Below, in pieces: positions 8,448-19,357 of a DNA stretch of 64,000 bases. The translations under genes and the position numbers were made by a program. The stretch's first letter is position 1, and each line of letters opens with the position of its first letter. The notes under the pieces were generated by a model, which searched no databases, was not told the DNA's origin, and saw only the letters and a program-made list of their open reading frames with translations. The DNA is from Dehalococcoidia bacterium (GTDB taxonomy: Bacteria; Chloroflexota; Dehalococcoidia; GIF9; UBA5629). Location of the stretch: positions 32,001-96,000 of the forward strand of contig JBEKIW010000004.1 in NCBI GenBank assembly GCA_050011565.1. The letters are read 5' to 3'.

Positions 8448-10877
8448 CTACCTATCATGGTTTAGCCACAGCCCCTTGCCATCGGTTATAAACTCGATAG
8501 TGCCATGAGTTGATGTTAGATAAATCCTGTCACTGCCCACCCGCGTGGTCAGTCTGTCCACTACCTCGGCACGAGGTAGTGCGAATCTATTGTCGGTGCC
8601 GACTGAAATTACGGCTATTTCGGGATTAACTGCAGCCAGGAATTGCTCGGAGGTTGAGGTCAGGCTGCCATGGTGGGCAACTTTTAGCACTGTGCTCTTA
8701 AGATTAGCTCGCTGGGCAATCAGGTACCATTCAGCTTCCTTACCGATGTCAGAAGTAAACAAGAAACTTACTCTATTCCAGCTAAGGCGCAGCGCTAAAC
8801 TATTATTGTTAACATCGTCCGAAGTGCCTTGAAGCAAAGGTGAAGGAGGGTGAAGCACGTCTACCTTTATTCCGTCCCCGAGTTCGATTTTTTGACTGGC
8901 ATGAGCAATCTTATGCCCGGCTTCCTCGCTTTTAACTAAGCTGAGCCACTGCTGATAGGTAGTTGAGTTTTCAGCTATGTCGGGCTCAAAGATTTGCTTT
9001 ACTTTGTAGTTACGGAGTACTTCTATAAGGCCTGTCATGTGGTCAGCTTGCGGTTCAGTCAAAATTACCAAATCGACGGTTCTATCCCAGAAAGGTAACT
9101 TTTTACTCAGCTCTAAATCTATGGCTCTAGGGCTCGGGCCACCGTCAATAAGGATGTTCTGGTGGCTCGGTGTTTGGATAAGGATGGCATCCCCCTGACC
9201 GACATCGAGTATGCTAACGTGAAGTTTATCGTCGGGCATATTCAAGATGGCAGCCCAAATAAAAATGGCGGCAATCAAAAGTGGCGATATGACCCACTTC
9301 TTTGGCACTTTAGAGGCTAAGACTGAACCTTTGCTTGCCTGGAGACTTATTTTGGAAGCGGTCAGATGGAGTAGGTCGATTAATTGATTGCGATAATATA
9401 TGGCTGTTGCGGTCACAGCCAACAGGACGTAGTAAAGCCATATTTGCCAGACCTCAATACTTTCCAGCCTAATTGATGAAAATGGCAGGACATCGAAAGC
9501 ACGTACTACAAGCATGAAATAACTAATGAAAAGCCAGGATATCCAACCTAGAATCAAGGCTAGTGAAGGTGCTAAAAGGCCCACACCGGCGACTAGCGCT
9601 GTCGTGATTATAATTCCTGGCAAGGCCAGCACAGAGAAGAATGTAGCCGGTAGGCCGACGAAAGAAACAACATGAAAATAATAGGCAATAATCGGCCAGG
9701 TGGCCAACAGGGCAGCCAGAGTAACGGCAAAGCTATCAGCAATAAAATTACCTAAAGATGCTGCCGTTCCCTTCTTGCCTGCAGCGGCCATTACTCCTTT
9801 CCTGGACCATGCCTGGAGATAGGGCGAAATGAAAATAAGGCCAGCCATCGCCAGAAAGCTCAGTTGAAAGCTGGCATCCCATAAAACCTGAGGCTCTATT
9901 CCTACCATTACTGCCGCAGCGAAGGTCAGAGCGATTAAGGCACTACTTTGCCTACCTAGAAATTCGGCTAGAAGGAAAAGGCTGCCCATTATGGCGCCGC
10001 GGACTACAGGAGGATTCATGCCGGTAAGGAGAGCGTAAAGCCAGATAATAAGAAGGGCCAGCCAAATATAAATGGAGTATCGCTTGCCGAAAAGCCAGAT
10101 TCCAGCAGCCAGAAGCATGCCTATGACGATGGTGATGTTTATACCGGAGATAGCCAGTACGTGGGCGGTTCCGGTTCTGGAGAACGCTTGATTCAGGGAA
10201 TATGGTATGTCGCCTCTCAAGCCAAGAAGAATACCTTGAGCCAGCGAGGCCTGCGGTTCTGGCAGAGCTAGTGAAAGACTTTGAGAAAGGCGATTTCTAA
10301 GTGAGTAAATCCAGGCCAAGGGCTTGAAACCTTTGCCAGTATCGAGTATTTCTGTTCTGGGATAATTTATGATTGAGTAAATCCCTTGCCTGGCTAGATA
10401 GTCCTTGTAATTGAAATCATCAGATTGTGAAGGTGTTTCCAACTTATCTGTTATTCTCAACACATCACCGTAATGATATTCGTGATATCTGAGGACGTTT
10501 ACCAGGGCCTTACCTGAAGCTTCCACATAGACGCCATTTACCTGTAATTTAGTAGCTGAAAGGCGGAAGACAGAAGTTGTGTTTCCGGGGTCGGGTTCAG
10601 TGGCTATAATCCCCTCGATTACAATAGTTCCCTTGTCGTTATAGAATTGAAGGTGGTGCTCATCAACCACAGGAAGGCTTGTTTGGAAGCGCAGACAGCC
10701 GCCGAATAAGGACAAAAGGCAGAAGCCAGCCAGGAGCAGTTGCCTTTTATAATTCAAGAGAAAAGGAATCAGACATAATGGAATAAGCCCGATAAAAACT
10801 ATACCCCAGGGCAAAGCAAATCTTGAACCCAGGTAAATACCTATTACCCAGGCGATACTGAGATAAACAAGTGCCAT
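8448..10877 (-). CDS. comEC: DNA internalization competence protein ComEC/Rec2
   Basis: DUF4131-like region, competence domain (HVLAISG, SFQLSF), C-terminal metallo-beta-lactamase (LDVGQGDA, IDGG, KVAHHGS). Confidence 0.95.
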   Translation of the reverse strand: MALVYLSIAWVIGIYLGSRFALPWGIVFIGLIPLCLIPFLLNYKRQLLLAGFCLLSLFGGCLRFQTSLPVVDEHHLQFYNDKGTIVIEGIIATEPDPGNTTSVFRLSATKLQVNGVYVEASGKALVNVLRYHEYHYGDVLRITDKLETPSQSDDFNYKDYLARQGIYSIINYPRTEILDTGKGFKPLAWIYSLRNRLSQSLSLALPEPQASLAQGILLGLRGDIPYSLNQAFSRTGTAHVLAISGINITIVIGMLLAAGIWLFGKRYSIYIWLALLIIWLYALLTGMNPPVVRGAIMGSLFLLAEFLGRQSSALIALTFAAAVMVGIEPQVLWDASFQLSFLAMAGLIFISPYLQAWSRKGVMAAAGKKGTAASLGNFIADSFAVTLAALLATWPIIAYYFHVVSFVGLPATFFSVLALPGIIITTALVAGVGLLAPSLALILGWISWLFISYFMLVVRAFDVLPFSSIRLESIEVWQIWLYYVLLAVTATAIYYRNQLIDLLHLTASKISLQASKGSVLASKVPKKWVISPLLIAAIFIWAAILNMPDDKLHVSILDVGQGDAILIQTPSHQNILIDGGPSPRAIDLELSKKLPFWDRTVDLVILTEPQADHMTGLIEVLRNYKVKQIFEPDIAENSTTYQQWLSLVKSEEAGHKIAHASQKIELGDGIKVDVLHPPSPLLQGTSDDVNNNSLALRLSWNRVSFLFTSDIGKEAEWYLIAQRANLKSTVLKVAHHGSLTSTSEQFLAAVNPEIAVISVGTDNRFALPRAEVVDRLTTRVGSDRIYLTSTHGTIEFITDGKGLWLNHDR

Positions 10878-10884
10878 TGGGAAT

Positions 10885-11394
10885 TCAATCCTCCACGGTT
10901 ATTAAATCTCTCATTCTGTCTAACGTTGATTCGCCGATACCCTCGACGTTCAATAGGTCCTCGATTCTGCGGAAAGGGCCGTTTTGACTGCGGTAGTCGA
11001 CAATGGCTTGAGCCCTGCCCGGCCCGATTCCGGGTAAGGCATCCAATAGCTAGGTTTCAGCCCGGTTTAAGTCTATCTTCTGGGGTTGAGAGAGTTCGCC
11101 GGTCTTAGGCACATAGATCTCGATTTTATCTGTGTCTGCATCCGGTATAAGGCCGGCAGTCTGAATAAGCGACTCAATGGTGTCATCTTGTCTTAAGGGA
11201 TATAGACCGGGATTAGCCACGGCGCCGCCGATATAAATATCTCCGTCATATTGAAGTGGTGCAGCCTGGGACAGGGAAATCTCTACGGGCTTGTGGCTGC
11301 TTTGCTTGATTGTCAAGATTATTCCTCCGGCAATAAGGCTGACCAGCAGAAAAGCGACAATAATTAACCAATATTTTTCCAGATGACTAGACAT
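10885..11394 (-). pseudogene. comEA: ComEA family DNA-binding protein (TM, SLBB, HhH) interrupted by an in-frame TAG at 11050-11052
   Basis: The same frame continues after ...KIDLNRAET* with LLDALPGIGPGRAQAIVDYRSQNGPFRRIEDLLNVEGIGESTLDRMRDLITVED*, a complete HhH domain ending 7 bp before the comEC start. Confidence 0.85.
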
Positions 11395-11452
11395 AATAAA
11401 CTCCTTGTTTCTATCTTATTGGTTGTAATAGTGATAAAATTCCACATATATA

Positions 11453-11905
11453 ATGGACTCGAAAACGATAACTGTCAATCGAAAAGCGTATCACGATTAT
11501 CATATTCTGGAAAGCCTGGAAGCGGGCATTGTCCTCACCGGCAGCGAGATAAAATCAATTCGTGCCGGCCGGGTTAACATTCGTGATGCCTATGCCAGGC
11601 CGGAAAACGGCGAGCTGTGGCTGGTTAATGCACATATTGCTGCCTATGAAGCTGCCAGCCGCTTCGGTCACGAACCGAATCAGCCACGCAAGCTGCTGTT
11701 GCATCGCCGTCAGATAGATGAATTGACGGGCATGGTGGCTCAGAAAGGTTTGACTCTGGTGCCCTTAAAGTTATATATTAAGAAAGGGACTGCTAAATTA
11801 GAGATCGGGGTGGCTCGGGGCAAAAGGCTTCACGATAAGCGTGAAGCGATAGCGCGCCGCGAGACGGAGAGGGAGATAGAGCGGGCGATGAAGCGGAAGG
11901 GCTGA
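11453..11905 (+). CDS. smpB: SsrA-binding protein SmpB
   Basis: NRKAYHDY, EAGIVLTGSEIKSIR, RKLLLH, GKRLHDKR; adjacent to tmRNA. Confidence 0.98.
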   Translation: MDSKTITVNRKAYHDYHILESLEAGIVLTGSEIKSIRAGRVNIRDAYARPENGELWLVNAHIAAYEAASRFGHEPNQPRKLLLHRRQIDELTGMVAQKGLTLVPLKLYIKKGTAKLEIGVARGKRLHDKREAIARRETEREIERAMKRKG

Positions 11906-11928
11906 CGGCACATTAAAAATTAAACTAT

Positions 11929-12274
11929 GGGGGCGTGAGGCTTCGACAGTGGGAGGCCTACAGGATAGCAGGTCGAGGTGCCATCCACCTCGTTAAACAG
12001 GTGGCAAAAGACAACTGCCGAAGCAGTTCCAATTGCAGCCTAATTAGGTTGCACATTCAACCTGACCTCACCCCGATGGGTTGGGATTGGGTGACGAAAT
12101 GTCGGGGTGCTCCAACCTCGATGTCGATAGAGGTTGGCTAAGAATCATCGACTGGCCTGGCTATTATCGGTCAGCAGAGCCTAGCTAGGTGAGATAAATG
12201 AGCTGACTAAACCTGTAGTATGTTCTGGCAACCTTCTTCTGGACGGGGAGTTCAACCCTCCCCCGCCTCCACCA
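11929..12274 (+). ncRNA. ssrA: tmRNA; tag reading frame AEAVPIAA* at 12017-12043
   Basis: 5' GGGGGCG...TTCGAC and 3' GGACGGGGAGTTCAACCCTCCCCCGCCTCCACCA tRNA-Ala-like ends with G3:U; tag ends in AA; follows smpB. Confidence 0.96.
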
Positions 12275-12283
12275 GAAATAAAT

Positions 12284-12309
12284 CGGGCTCTGACGCAAGT
12301 CAGAGCCCG
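12284..12309. terminator. Intrinsic terminator hairpin after tmRNA (probably bidirectional)
   Basis: CGGGCTCTGAC-GCAA-GTCAGAGCCCG, an 11-bp stem flanked by A-rich and T-rich tracts between convergent genes. Confidence 0.85.
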
Positions 12310-12412
12310 TTTAAATTAATAGATGTTTGGTGTAACACAAGCCTCCGACACGTGGGCTTTTCGCAGATTGGGTAATGGTGACGCCGCCTCTGGTCTTATC
12401 TAGACCTGACTA

Positions 12413-14770
12413 TCAAGTAGCACGCCGGAAGATTAGCAACAACGCTACAACAGTGGCGATAATCAGGGCCCCTATGATTAGAATGCCAATCATAAGGTCG
12501 CTGGCACTTGTGCCAGTGGTGCTGCTGCCGGTGCCCAGTATGGTGAAACTGCCTTTCTGTCCGCCGATATCTACTGTGTAAGTTCCCGGCTGAGCTCTGG
12601 TTACGGTGAACTTCACCGGTTGGGTGGCCTGCGGGCCAACGCTGACCGTCTTGGTTTGCTCCACCTGTCCGTTTATCTTGAGGGCGACATTAAGGTTGCC
12701 GGCCTCACCACCGGTATTGACCACATTGGTTGTGATGGTCACCGGCTGGTTGGCAGACGTCTGCTGCGGGTCTATGCTCAGGTATTGCACCGACATCTGG
12801 GCCGGTTTAAGCGACGACACCCGTCGTGGTGCTGGCATCACTGGTACTTGCACTGGTACTGGTACTGCCGGGCCGCCGGGGTCAGCGATCTTGCCGTCAG
12901 CTTGTCCATCAGCATCTCCCAGGCCGCCATCTTTGATGGTCAGGGTAAGTATATTATCGCCGTCGTTGTGTCCTAGCAGCGAAGTGCAGTTCACCCAGGC
13001 TCCGTTGATGCACTTCCAGTACTGGGTACCTGTGGGCATATTGGAAGGAAGAGTGATGGTTATGGTCACCGTTGAGCCAGTGGGAATATCAGTGACATTA
13101 AAAGAGAAGAAGCCCTGGGGGAAGCTGAAGCCTGAAAGGGTTCCGCATGGAGTAGAGATTGCTGCGGTTAGACCCGTAATAGAGCCGTTGCTGGTGGTAA
13201 ATGTGGCAGTGCCGGTGCCTGTAGCGGTGCTGACACTTTGGGTTGGTTGCAGCACGGTAAAGCCGTTAGGCAGGGTTCCTGTTCCCCCGGGTGTAGTGAC
13301 CGAGAGATCTCTGGTACCCGGTGTAGCACCAGCGGCGATGATGATATTGACGGTTATCTGTGTGGCGCTGTTCACGGTGAAGCTGTTGGTGGTGATGCCT
13401 GAGCCGAAGCTGACTACTGTAGCTCCGGTGAAGTTGCTACCGGTGATAATGACATTGTTCACCGTCTGCCCCTGGTTGCCCGAGTTGGGGCTCACCGAGG
13501 CGACTACCGGAGCTTGTATCAGCTGGAGTTCAAAGGATCCGATATCGCAATTTGTTCCCTGCGGCCTGGCCACACCACGCTGGTCGGTTGGTGGGGCTCC
13601 ATCGCAGGTGCCCCGGTTAAAGGCGGGGCTGCTGGCTGTGATGGCATGTGTTGAGGTAGGACCCCCGTTATTCTGCAGAGGACCAAGCTGCGGATCGACG
13701 CCATTCTGGTCTGTGGGCTGGTTAAAATAACGGCTGATTTCGACATTTTCGCTGTCTATGTTGTAGCCCTCTGAATGGACCCCGGTTGCAAGCATCTGAT
13801 ATCCATTATTATAGTTGCTGTCTCCAGCCGTATTATTGGCTACGATGCAATTTTTAAAGTACATCGAGCTAAGTGACCCATCGGAGTAACCGCCGCCAGC
13901 AGAGCCTGGACCAGTCGCGTGGTTATAGGCTATGGTTACGTTCAGCAGGTGCATTGTTGCGTCAGGGTCGCAGAAAATACCTCCTCCAGTCCCCCAGCTA
14001 TCTGTAACGGTATTACCGCTTATGGTGCAGTTGGTCAGCTCCACCAAACCGGAATCACCGCCGAAGGTTCTTTGGGTAAATATACCGCCGCCGCTAGCAG
14101 TGGCAGTGTTTCCGCTCACAGTGCACCGGTTCATATAGAGAGTACCGCCATCGTTGCACACGCCGCCACCATAAGTAGGCAAGGGACCAGACCCGCCGCC
14201 CTTGGTGTTATTTATGATGGCGCAGTCGTTAATGGTAACTATGTGCGCCTGTGAAATATAAATGCCGCCACCGGCGTCGGAGCCTGCCGGGGCGCCATTC
14301 CGGATAGTAAAACCGGATATGGTGTTCTGCTGGAAAGGCTGACTGGAAACCTCAATCACGAATCCATTATGGTTGGCGTCTATGATGGTGCTAAGGGCAC
14401 CGGCACCAATAAGGTTCATAGTCTCCGATAGGTGAAGTCCGTGTTCATGATAAGTGCCAGCGGCAACATTAACGGTGCCGTTGTCAGAAACAATACCTAT
14501 ACCGGCAGCTATGGTTTGCTTCGGACCGATGTTGCCCGAAGCAGGCACAGGTGAGCTGCCATCGTAAGTATCATCATTGCCCGTGGCGCCATTGACATAA
14601 ACAGTCTGGATGGATATGGAAAAGCTACCTATCCTGGAGCTTGTATCCGCCAGGCCGGGTCCAACGGCACCAGCTATGCCGGGTAACAAGGCCAGTCCTA
14701 TCAAAACCACTAGTAACAGCAGGGAAAATGCTGGTTTGATTTTGCCTTTGGTGCTATCGTTAACTCTCAT
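12413..14770 (-). CDS. Large secreted surface protein: beta-helix (choice-of-anchor Q-like), IPT/TIG, choice-of-anchor U-like and CARDB domains, C-terminal TM anchor
   Basis: Signal peptide; GGGI repeats; DPQLGPLQNNGGPT.TH...DQRG..RP....DIG; SVSPNSG...ITGSNF; LTIKDGGLGDADG...DPGGP; C-terminal TM plus RR. Confidence 0.85.
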   Translation of the reverse strand: MRVNDSTKGKIKPAFSLLLLVVLIGLALLPGIAGAVGPGLADTSSRIGSFSISIQTVYVNGATGNDDTYDGSSPVPASGNIGPKQTIAAGIGIVSDNGTVNVAAGTYHEHGLHLSETMNLIGAGALSTIIDANHNGFVIEVSSQPFQQNTISGFTIRNGAPAGSDAGGGIYISQAHIVTINDCAIINNTKGGGSGPLPTYGGGVCNDGGTLYMNRCTVSGNTATASGGGIFTQRTFGGDSGLVELTNCTISGNTVTDSWGTGGGIFCDPDATMHLLNVTIAYNHATGPGSAGGGYSDGSLSSMYFKNCIVANNTAGDSNYNNGYQMLATGVHSEGYNIDSENVEISRYFNQPTDQNGVDPQLGPLQNNGGPTSTHAITASSPAFNRGTCDGAPPTDQRGVARPQGTNCDIGSFELQLIQAPVVASVSPNSGNQGQTVNNVIITGSNFTGATVVSFGSGITTNSFTVNSATQITVNIIIAAGATPGTRDLSVTTPGGTGTLPNGFTVLQPTQSVSTATGTGTATFTTSNGSITGLTAAISTPCGTLSGFSFPQGFFSFNVTDIPTGSTVTITITLPSNMPTGTQYWKCINGAWVNCTSLLGHNDGDNILTLTIKDGGLGDADGQADGKIADPGGPAVPVPVQVPVMPAPRRVSSLKPAQMSVQYLSIDPQQTSANQPVTITTNVVNTGGEAGNLNVALKINGQVEQTKTVSVGPQATQPVKFTVTRAQPGTYTVDIGGQKGSFTILGTGSSTTGTSASDLMIGILIIGALIIATVVALLLIFRRAT

Positions 14771-14846
14771 ATCACGGGTTAAGGTGAAGAATTAATGAAA
14801 ACTCTCTGCTACTAAATCAACTTTGGAATTCATCATATTTTGGAAT

Positions 14847-14875
14847 ATTATATGGATGGTTATTCAACTTGTCAA
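14847..14875 (-). promoter_or_regulatory. Consensus sigma70 promoter for the surface-protein gene
   Basis: TTGACA-17 bp-TATAAT on the minus strand. Confidence 0.8.
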
Positions 14876-14889
14876 TAGATTGCTTATTT

Positions 14890-15939
14890 TCAAACAACAA
14901 GTATTTTGCCCTGCGGCTTACTAATTACTTCTCCGACAATAGCTGCCTCCGATATGCCGGCTTTTTTCAGCCTTTCTAGGAGTAGCTCAGCCTCTTCTGG
15001 GGCCAGGGAGATTAGCAGCCCGCCTGAGGTTTGAGGGTCGAAGAGAATATCCTGGATATAGTCGGGCACCTGCTTGGAGAACTCCACCATTTTGCCGTAG
15101 AACTCCCTGTTTCTTTTTAAACCACCGGGACAAAGACCTGCTTTGGCGAAATCTACTACTTCTGTGAAGACCGGAACCGAGCTCGAATGTACTTTCATGC
15201 CTACCTGGCTGTTTTGGGCCAGCTGGCAGGCGTGACCGAGAAGGCCGAAGCCGGTTATATCGGTGCAGGCATGAACTTCCAACTCTTGCATCAGTTCCGA
15301 GGCTTTTTTGTTTAGTGATGCCATATACTTCGTTATCTTGGCTACGGTTTCTTTGCTGGCTTTACCGGCTTTCAAGGCAGTGCTGATGATTCCGGTTCCA
15401 AGTGGCTTGGTGAGGACGAGTTTATCTCCTACCTTAGCTCCGGCATTAGTTATCATGCGTTTGGGATGAACGATACCGGTGACGGAAAGCCCGTATTTTA
15501 GCTCGGCATCGTCTATGCTGTGTCCGCCGACCAGTGTCACGCCGGCTTCCATCATTTTGTCTACCCCGCCCTTGAGGATTTCTTTGAGGATAGAGATGTC
15601 CAGCTTATTTATCGGGAAACAGACTACATTCATGGCGGTCAGAGGCTTGCCGCCCATAGCGTAAACGTCACTTAGCGCATTGGCGACAGCAATCTGGCCG
15701 AAATCGTATGGGTCGTCGACTATAGGCGTGAAGAAATCTATGGTCTGGATTATAGCCAGTTCATCGCTCAGCTTGTAAACGCCGGCATCATCCAGGCTTT
15801 CCATGCCCCGAATCACGTTCTTATCATGTATCATGGGCAAGCCGTACAGGGCTTTGTCTAGGTCTCCCGGACCTAACTTTGAAGCTCAGCCAGCTCCAGT
15901 GACGCTCTCGGTTAGACGGGGATGCATACTCTTATCCAT
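14890..15939 (-). CDS. selD: Selenide, water dikinase SelD; selenoprotein with Sec at codon 18
   Basis: MDKSMHPRLTESVTGAG-U(TGA 15886-15888)-ASKLGPGDL matches the SelD (C/U)xxK active site; DDAGVY, DFFTP, GGHS, DPQTSGGLL downstream. The ORF track starts too late. Confidence 0.97.
15851..15885 (-). promoter_or_regulatory. SECIS element of selD
   Basis: After UGA: GCTTCAAAGT-TAGGTC-CGGGA-GACCTA-GACAAAGC; 6-bp upper stem with a G-containing loop starting 17 nt after the UGA. Confidence 0.85.
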
Positions 15940-16033
15940 TTGTGGCGTATTGTAACATTGGCGATTAGGCGGAAGCAAAGGCTAGATGCCAGCTTTGAAA
16001 CTCGTTCCGAGTATAGTAGAATATCCCTGCACT

Positions 16034-17416
16034 ATGGTAACTGAACTTCGACGGCTTCCCAGCGTAGATAAGGTTATTTCTGATGAGCGAATAAAACAGC
16101 TCCGCGTTCATTATCCGCATGACCTGATTGTGGACCTGGTTCGACGGCATCTCGAGGAAGCTCGCCTCTCCATCACGCGCGGCAGCCCATCTCCTTCCCT
16201 GGATAAGATTGTGGACTTTATCCAGTCCGAATTGCAGGCACTGGAACAGCTCAGCCTGCGCCCGGTTATAAATGCCAGCGGAATAATACTTCATACCAAT
16301 TTAGGTCGTGCCCCGCTCAGTAAAGAGGCAAGGACAGCAATGGAGGTGATTGCCACAGGGTATTGCAACCTGGAGTTCGACCTTGACAGAGGAGCACGGG
16401 GTTCAAGAGATGTTCACATTGAAAAACTTCTATGCCAGTTGACCGGCGCTGAGTCAGCGATGGTGGTAAACAACAATGCCTCCGCAGTATTACTGGCTCT
16501 CACAGCCCTGGCTAAAAAGAAAGAAGTGATTGTTTCACGAGGCCAGGCCGTAGAAATAGGGGGTGGCTTTCGCATCCCTGATGTTATGCGACAGAGCGGG
16601 GCAAAGCTGATAGAGGTAGGCACCACTAACTGCACCTACATTAACGACTATGAGCAAGCGATTAGTCCACGAACAGCGGCTCTGCTACGTGTGCATGCCA
16701 GCAATTTCAGAGTCGAGGGTTTTACTCATTCGGTTGATATCGAGGAACTGGCGGCGCTGGGTAAGAAGCATGATATACCTGTGCTGGATGATTTAGGCAG
16801 CGGTTGTCTACTGGATACAACTACCTTCGGGCTTGCCGGAGAGCCCATGGTACAGCAGAGCGTTTCGCTTGGTGTTAAGCTGGCTTGTTTCTCCGGGGAC
16901 AAGCTCATTGGCGGACCTCAAGCCGGGATTATTGTGGGCAGGAAAGCCATGGTCGACAAGTTAAAAAGGCATGCGCTGGCCCGGGCAGTGCGAATTGACA
17001 AGATAAGGCTTGCCGGTCTGGCCGCAACATTAATTCACTACTTGAAGGGTGAAGCTCTGGAGAAAATTCCAATCTGGCGAATGATTTCGGCACCTCTTGA
17101 TGAAATCGATAGACGAGCCAGACTCTGGGCGAAAGCACTTGGTGATTTGGCACAGGTGGTGGAAGGTGAGACCATGGTTGGTGGCGGCAGCCTTCCTGGC
17201 AGCACGCTTCAAACCAGGCTGGTGGCTATCGGCGGTAAGCAAGGTGGCAGAACCACAGTCCTTTCTTTAGATCGAAAACTGAGGCACAATGTGCCACCGG
17301 TCATCGGCCGTATCAGCGACGATGTTCTACTCCTCGACCCAAGAACAGTTCTTGGCGAGGAGGATAATATTGTGTTGCAGGCGCTTAAAACAGCGACTAC
17401 CGGCCTGAATCGATGA
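16034..17416 (+). CDS. selA: L-seryl-tRNA(Sec) selenium transferase
   Basis: RRLPSVD, INASGIILHTNLGRA, VNNNA, EIGGGFR, EVGTTN, FSGDKL.GGPQAG. ATG 16034 preferred over 15986. Confidence 0.97.
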   Translation: MVTELRRLPSVDKVISDERIKQLRVHYPHDLIVDLVRRHLEEARLSITRGSPSPSLDKIVDFIQSELQALEQLSLRPVINASGIILHTNLGRAPLSKEARTAMEVIATGYCNLEFDLDRGARGSRDVHIEKLLCQLTGAESAMVVNNNASAVLLALTALAKKKEVIVSRGQAVEIGGGFRIPDVMRQSGAKLIEVGTTNCTYINDYEQAISPRTAALLRVHASNFRVEGFTHSVDIEELAALGKKHDIPVLDDLGSGCLLDTTTFGLAGEPMVQQSVSLGVKLACFSGDKLIGGPQAGIIVGRKAMVDKLKRHALARAVRIDKIRLAGLAATLIHYLKGEALEKIPIWRMISAPLDEIDRRARLWAKALGDLAQVVEGETMVGGGSLPGSTLQTRLVAIGGKQGGRTTVLSLDRKLRHNVPPVIGRISDDVLLLDPRTVLGEEDNIVLQALKTATTGLNR

Positions 17417-17509
17417 TAGTGCAGGTCATCACTTTGGCTTTGCTGTCGGCTAAACCGTTATATTTTCATCTTACCTTCTGAGATTAGTTCACAGGGGAAG
17501 CAAAACAGA

Positions 17510-19357
17510 ATGTTTGTCGTAGGTACTGCCGGACATATAGACCACGGTAAATCGGTTCTGATAAAAGCCTTAACGGGGATAGACCCGGACCGGTTGCGCG
17601 AGGAAAAAGAACGGGGCATGACCATTGACCTCGGTTTTGCCTGGCTGAAATTACCCAGTGGGCAGGAAGTGGGAGTTGTTGATGTTCCGGGACACGAACG
17701 CTTTGTAAGAAACATGCTGGCTGGGGTAGGCGGCATAGATTTAGCTTTGCTTATCGTAGCAGCTGATGAGGGCGTGATGCCTCAGACCAGAGAGCATTTA
17801 GCCATACTCGATTTACTTGACATAACAAAAGGGATTGTAGTCATCACTAAAAAAGACCTGGTGGATGAGGAGTTGCTGAGCCTGGTCAAGCTGGAGATTG
17901 AAGAGGTAGTAAAGTCGACTAGCTTAGCCCGGTCGCCTATCGTCGCCGTATCGGCAGTCAGTGGTGAGGGGATGGCAGACCTTGTTTCCAGTATAGACCA
18001 TGTTCTAGCGTCCACTGAGCCGAGGAAGGACATCGGCAGGCCGAGGCTTATGATAGACCGCGCTTTCACCATAGCCGGCTCGGGCACGGTAGTAACCGGA
18101 ACATTAGTCGATGGCTCACTAACGGCAGGGCAGGAGGTGGAAATCCTGCCCTCGGGAATCAAAGCCAGGCTCCGGGGATTACAGACTCACAAGACTCGCA
18201 TTGATATGGCTAATCCGGGCAGTCGGGTGGCAGCTAACCTGACCGGAGTGGCAACTTCTCAATTGGAACGTGGTGACGTGCTCACTACGCCAGGGTGGTT
18301 GGTGACGACAACCAGGGTGGACGTAAGCCTTCGTATGCTTTCAAATCTTAAACATCCCTTACGTCATGGTACTCCGGTCGGTTTTTTTACAGGTGCTGCT
18401 GAGGTAATGGCCAAAGTTCACCTGCTGGAAAAAGAAAAGCTGGATTCTGGAGATATTTCCTGGGCCCAACTCACCCTGTCTAAGCCGGTGGCATTGGTTA
18501 AGAGTGACCACTTCATTATCCGCTCACCGATGGATACATTGGGAGGTGGTGTGATTGTGGAGTCGCACGCACTGAGACATCGCCGATTTCGACCGGATGT
18601 AATTCAAAACCTGAGGATAAGGGCAGAGGGAACCGTGGCTGACGTTGTAATTGCCACTCTGGAGGCGAACCAGCCCTCGGGACTAGAGGAGCTGGCAGTC
18701 CAGTGTGATTTGGGAACTGATGAAACTCATGAAGTCGTCAGTAAGCTTGTTAACGATGGAAAGGTGGTAATGGTGGGGCAGGGGAAACAAAGCCTTCTCT
18801 TTACCGGTTCGGGTTGGGAACAATTGGCTAAAAAAGCGGAAGATATCGTGAGGAATTATCATCGAAAATTACCCACCCGTGCCGGAATACCCAAGGGTGA
18901 GCTAAGCAGTAAGTTGAAACTATCGCCGACTTCTGCCGCATTGCAGAGACTTTTCGAATCTGGTGTTCTGGTTGAAGAGGGCGCGGCTGTTCATCTACCT
19001 TCTTATCGGATCCAACTTTCCCAGCGACAACAAGAAAAAGTAAATAACTTTCTCCGTGTCTTGAAGGAGAATCCTTATTCTCCACCCGGCGATATAACAT
19101 TGGAACCCGACCTGCTGAATTTGCTTATTGAGCAGCAACAGGCCGTGAAAGTAAGCGATGGAGTAGTCTTTTCCGCAGCTGCCTATGAGGAAATGGTGAA
19201 TAAAGTTACGGCTTATGCCAGGACAAAGGGTAAAGTGACCCTTGCTGAAGTCCGAGACATGCTAGGCACCAGCCGGAAATATGCCCAGGCACTTCTGGAA
19301 TATATGGACGAGAAAAAAATCACCCGCCGGGTTGGTGACGAGCGAATACTGAGATAA
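17510..19357 (+). CDS. selB: Selenocysteine-specific elongation factor SelB
   Basis: [38 protein letters not shown]-terminal SRKYA winged helix. Confidence 0.98.
   Translation: MFVVGTAGHIDHGKSVLIKALTGIDPDRLREEKERGMTIDLGFAWLKLPSGQEVGVVDVPGHERFVRNMLAGVGGIDLALLIVAADEGVMPQTREHLAILDLLDITKGIVVITKKDLVDEELLSLVKLEIEEVVKSTSLARSPIVAVSAVSGEGMADLVSSIDHVLASTEPRKDIGRPRLMIDRAFTIAGSGTVVTGTLVDGSLTAGQEVEILPSGIKARLRGLQTHKTRIDMANPGSRVAANLTGVATSQLERGDVLTTPGWLVTTTRVDVSLRMLSNLKHPLRHGTPVGFFTGAAEVMAKVHLLEKEKLDSGDISWAQLTLSKPVALVKSDHFIIRSPMDTLGGGVIVESHALRHRRFRPDVIQNLRIRAEGTVADVVIATLEANQPSGLEELAVQCDLGTDETHEVVSKLVNDGKVVMVGQGKQSLLFTGSGWEQLAKKAEDIVRNYHRKLPTRAGIPKGELSSKLKLSPTSAALQRLFESGVLVEEGAAVHLPSYRIQLSQRQQEKVNNFLRVLKENPYSPPGDITLEPDLLNLLIEQQQAVKVSDGVVFSAAAYEEMVNKVTAYARTKGKVTLAEVRDMLGTSRKYAQALLEYMDEKKITRRVGDERILR

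Noticed and set aside
11935-12141. 68-aa ORF in the track
   Set aside because: Lies inside tmRNA.
12606-13730. 374-aa plus-strand ORF
   Set aside because: Antisense shadow of the Thr/Gly-rich surface protein; no motifs or RBS.
12275-14890. Possible integrative element at the tmRNA 3' end
   Set aside because: No integrase and no duplicated ssrA 3' end seen in the window.
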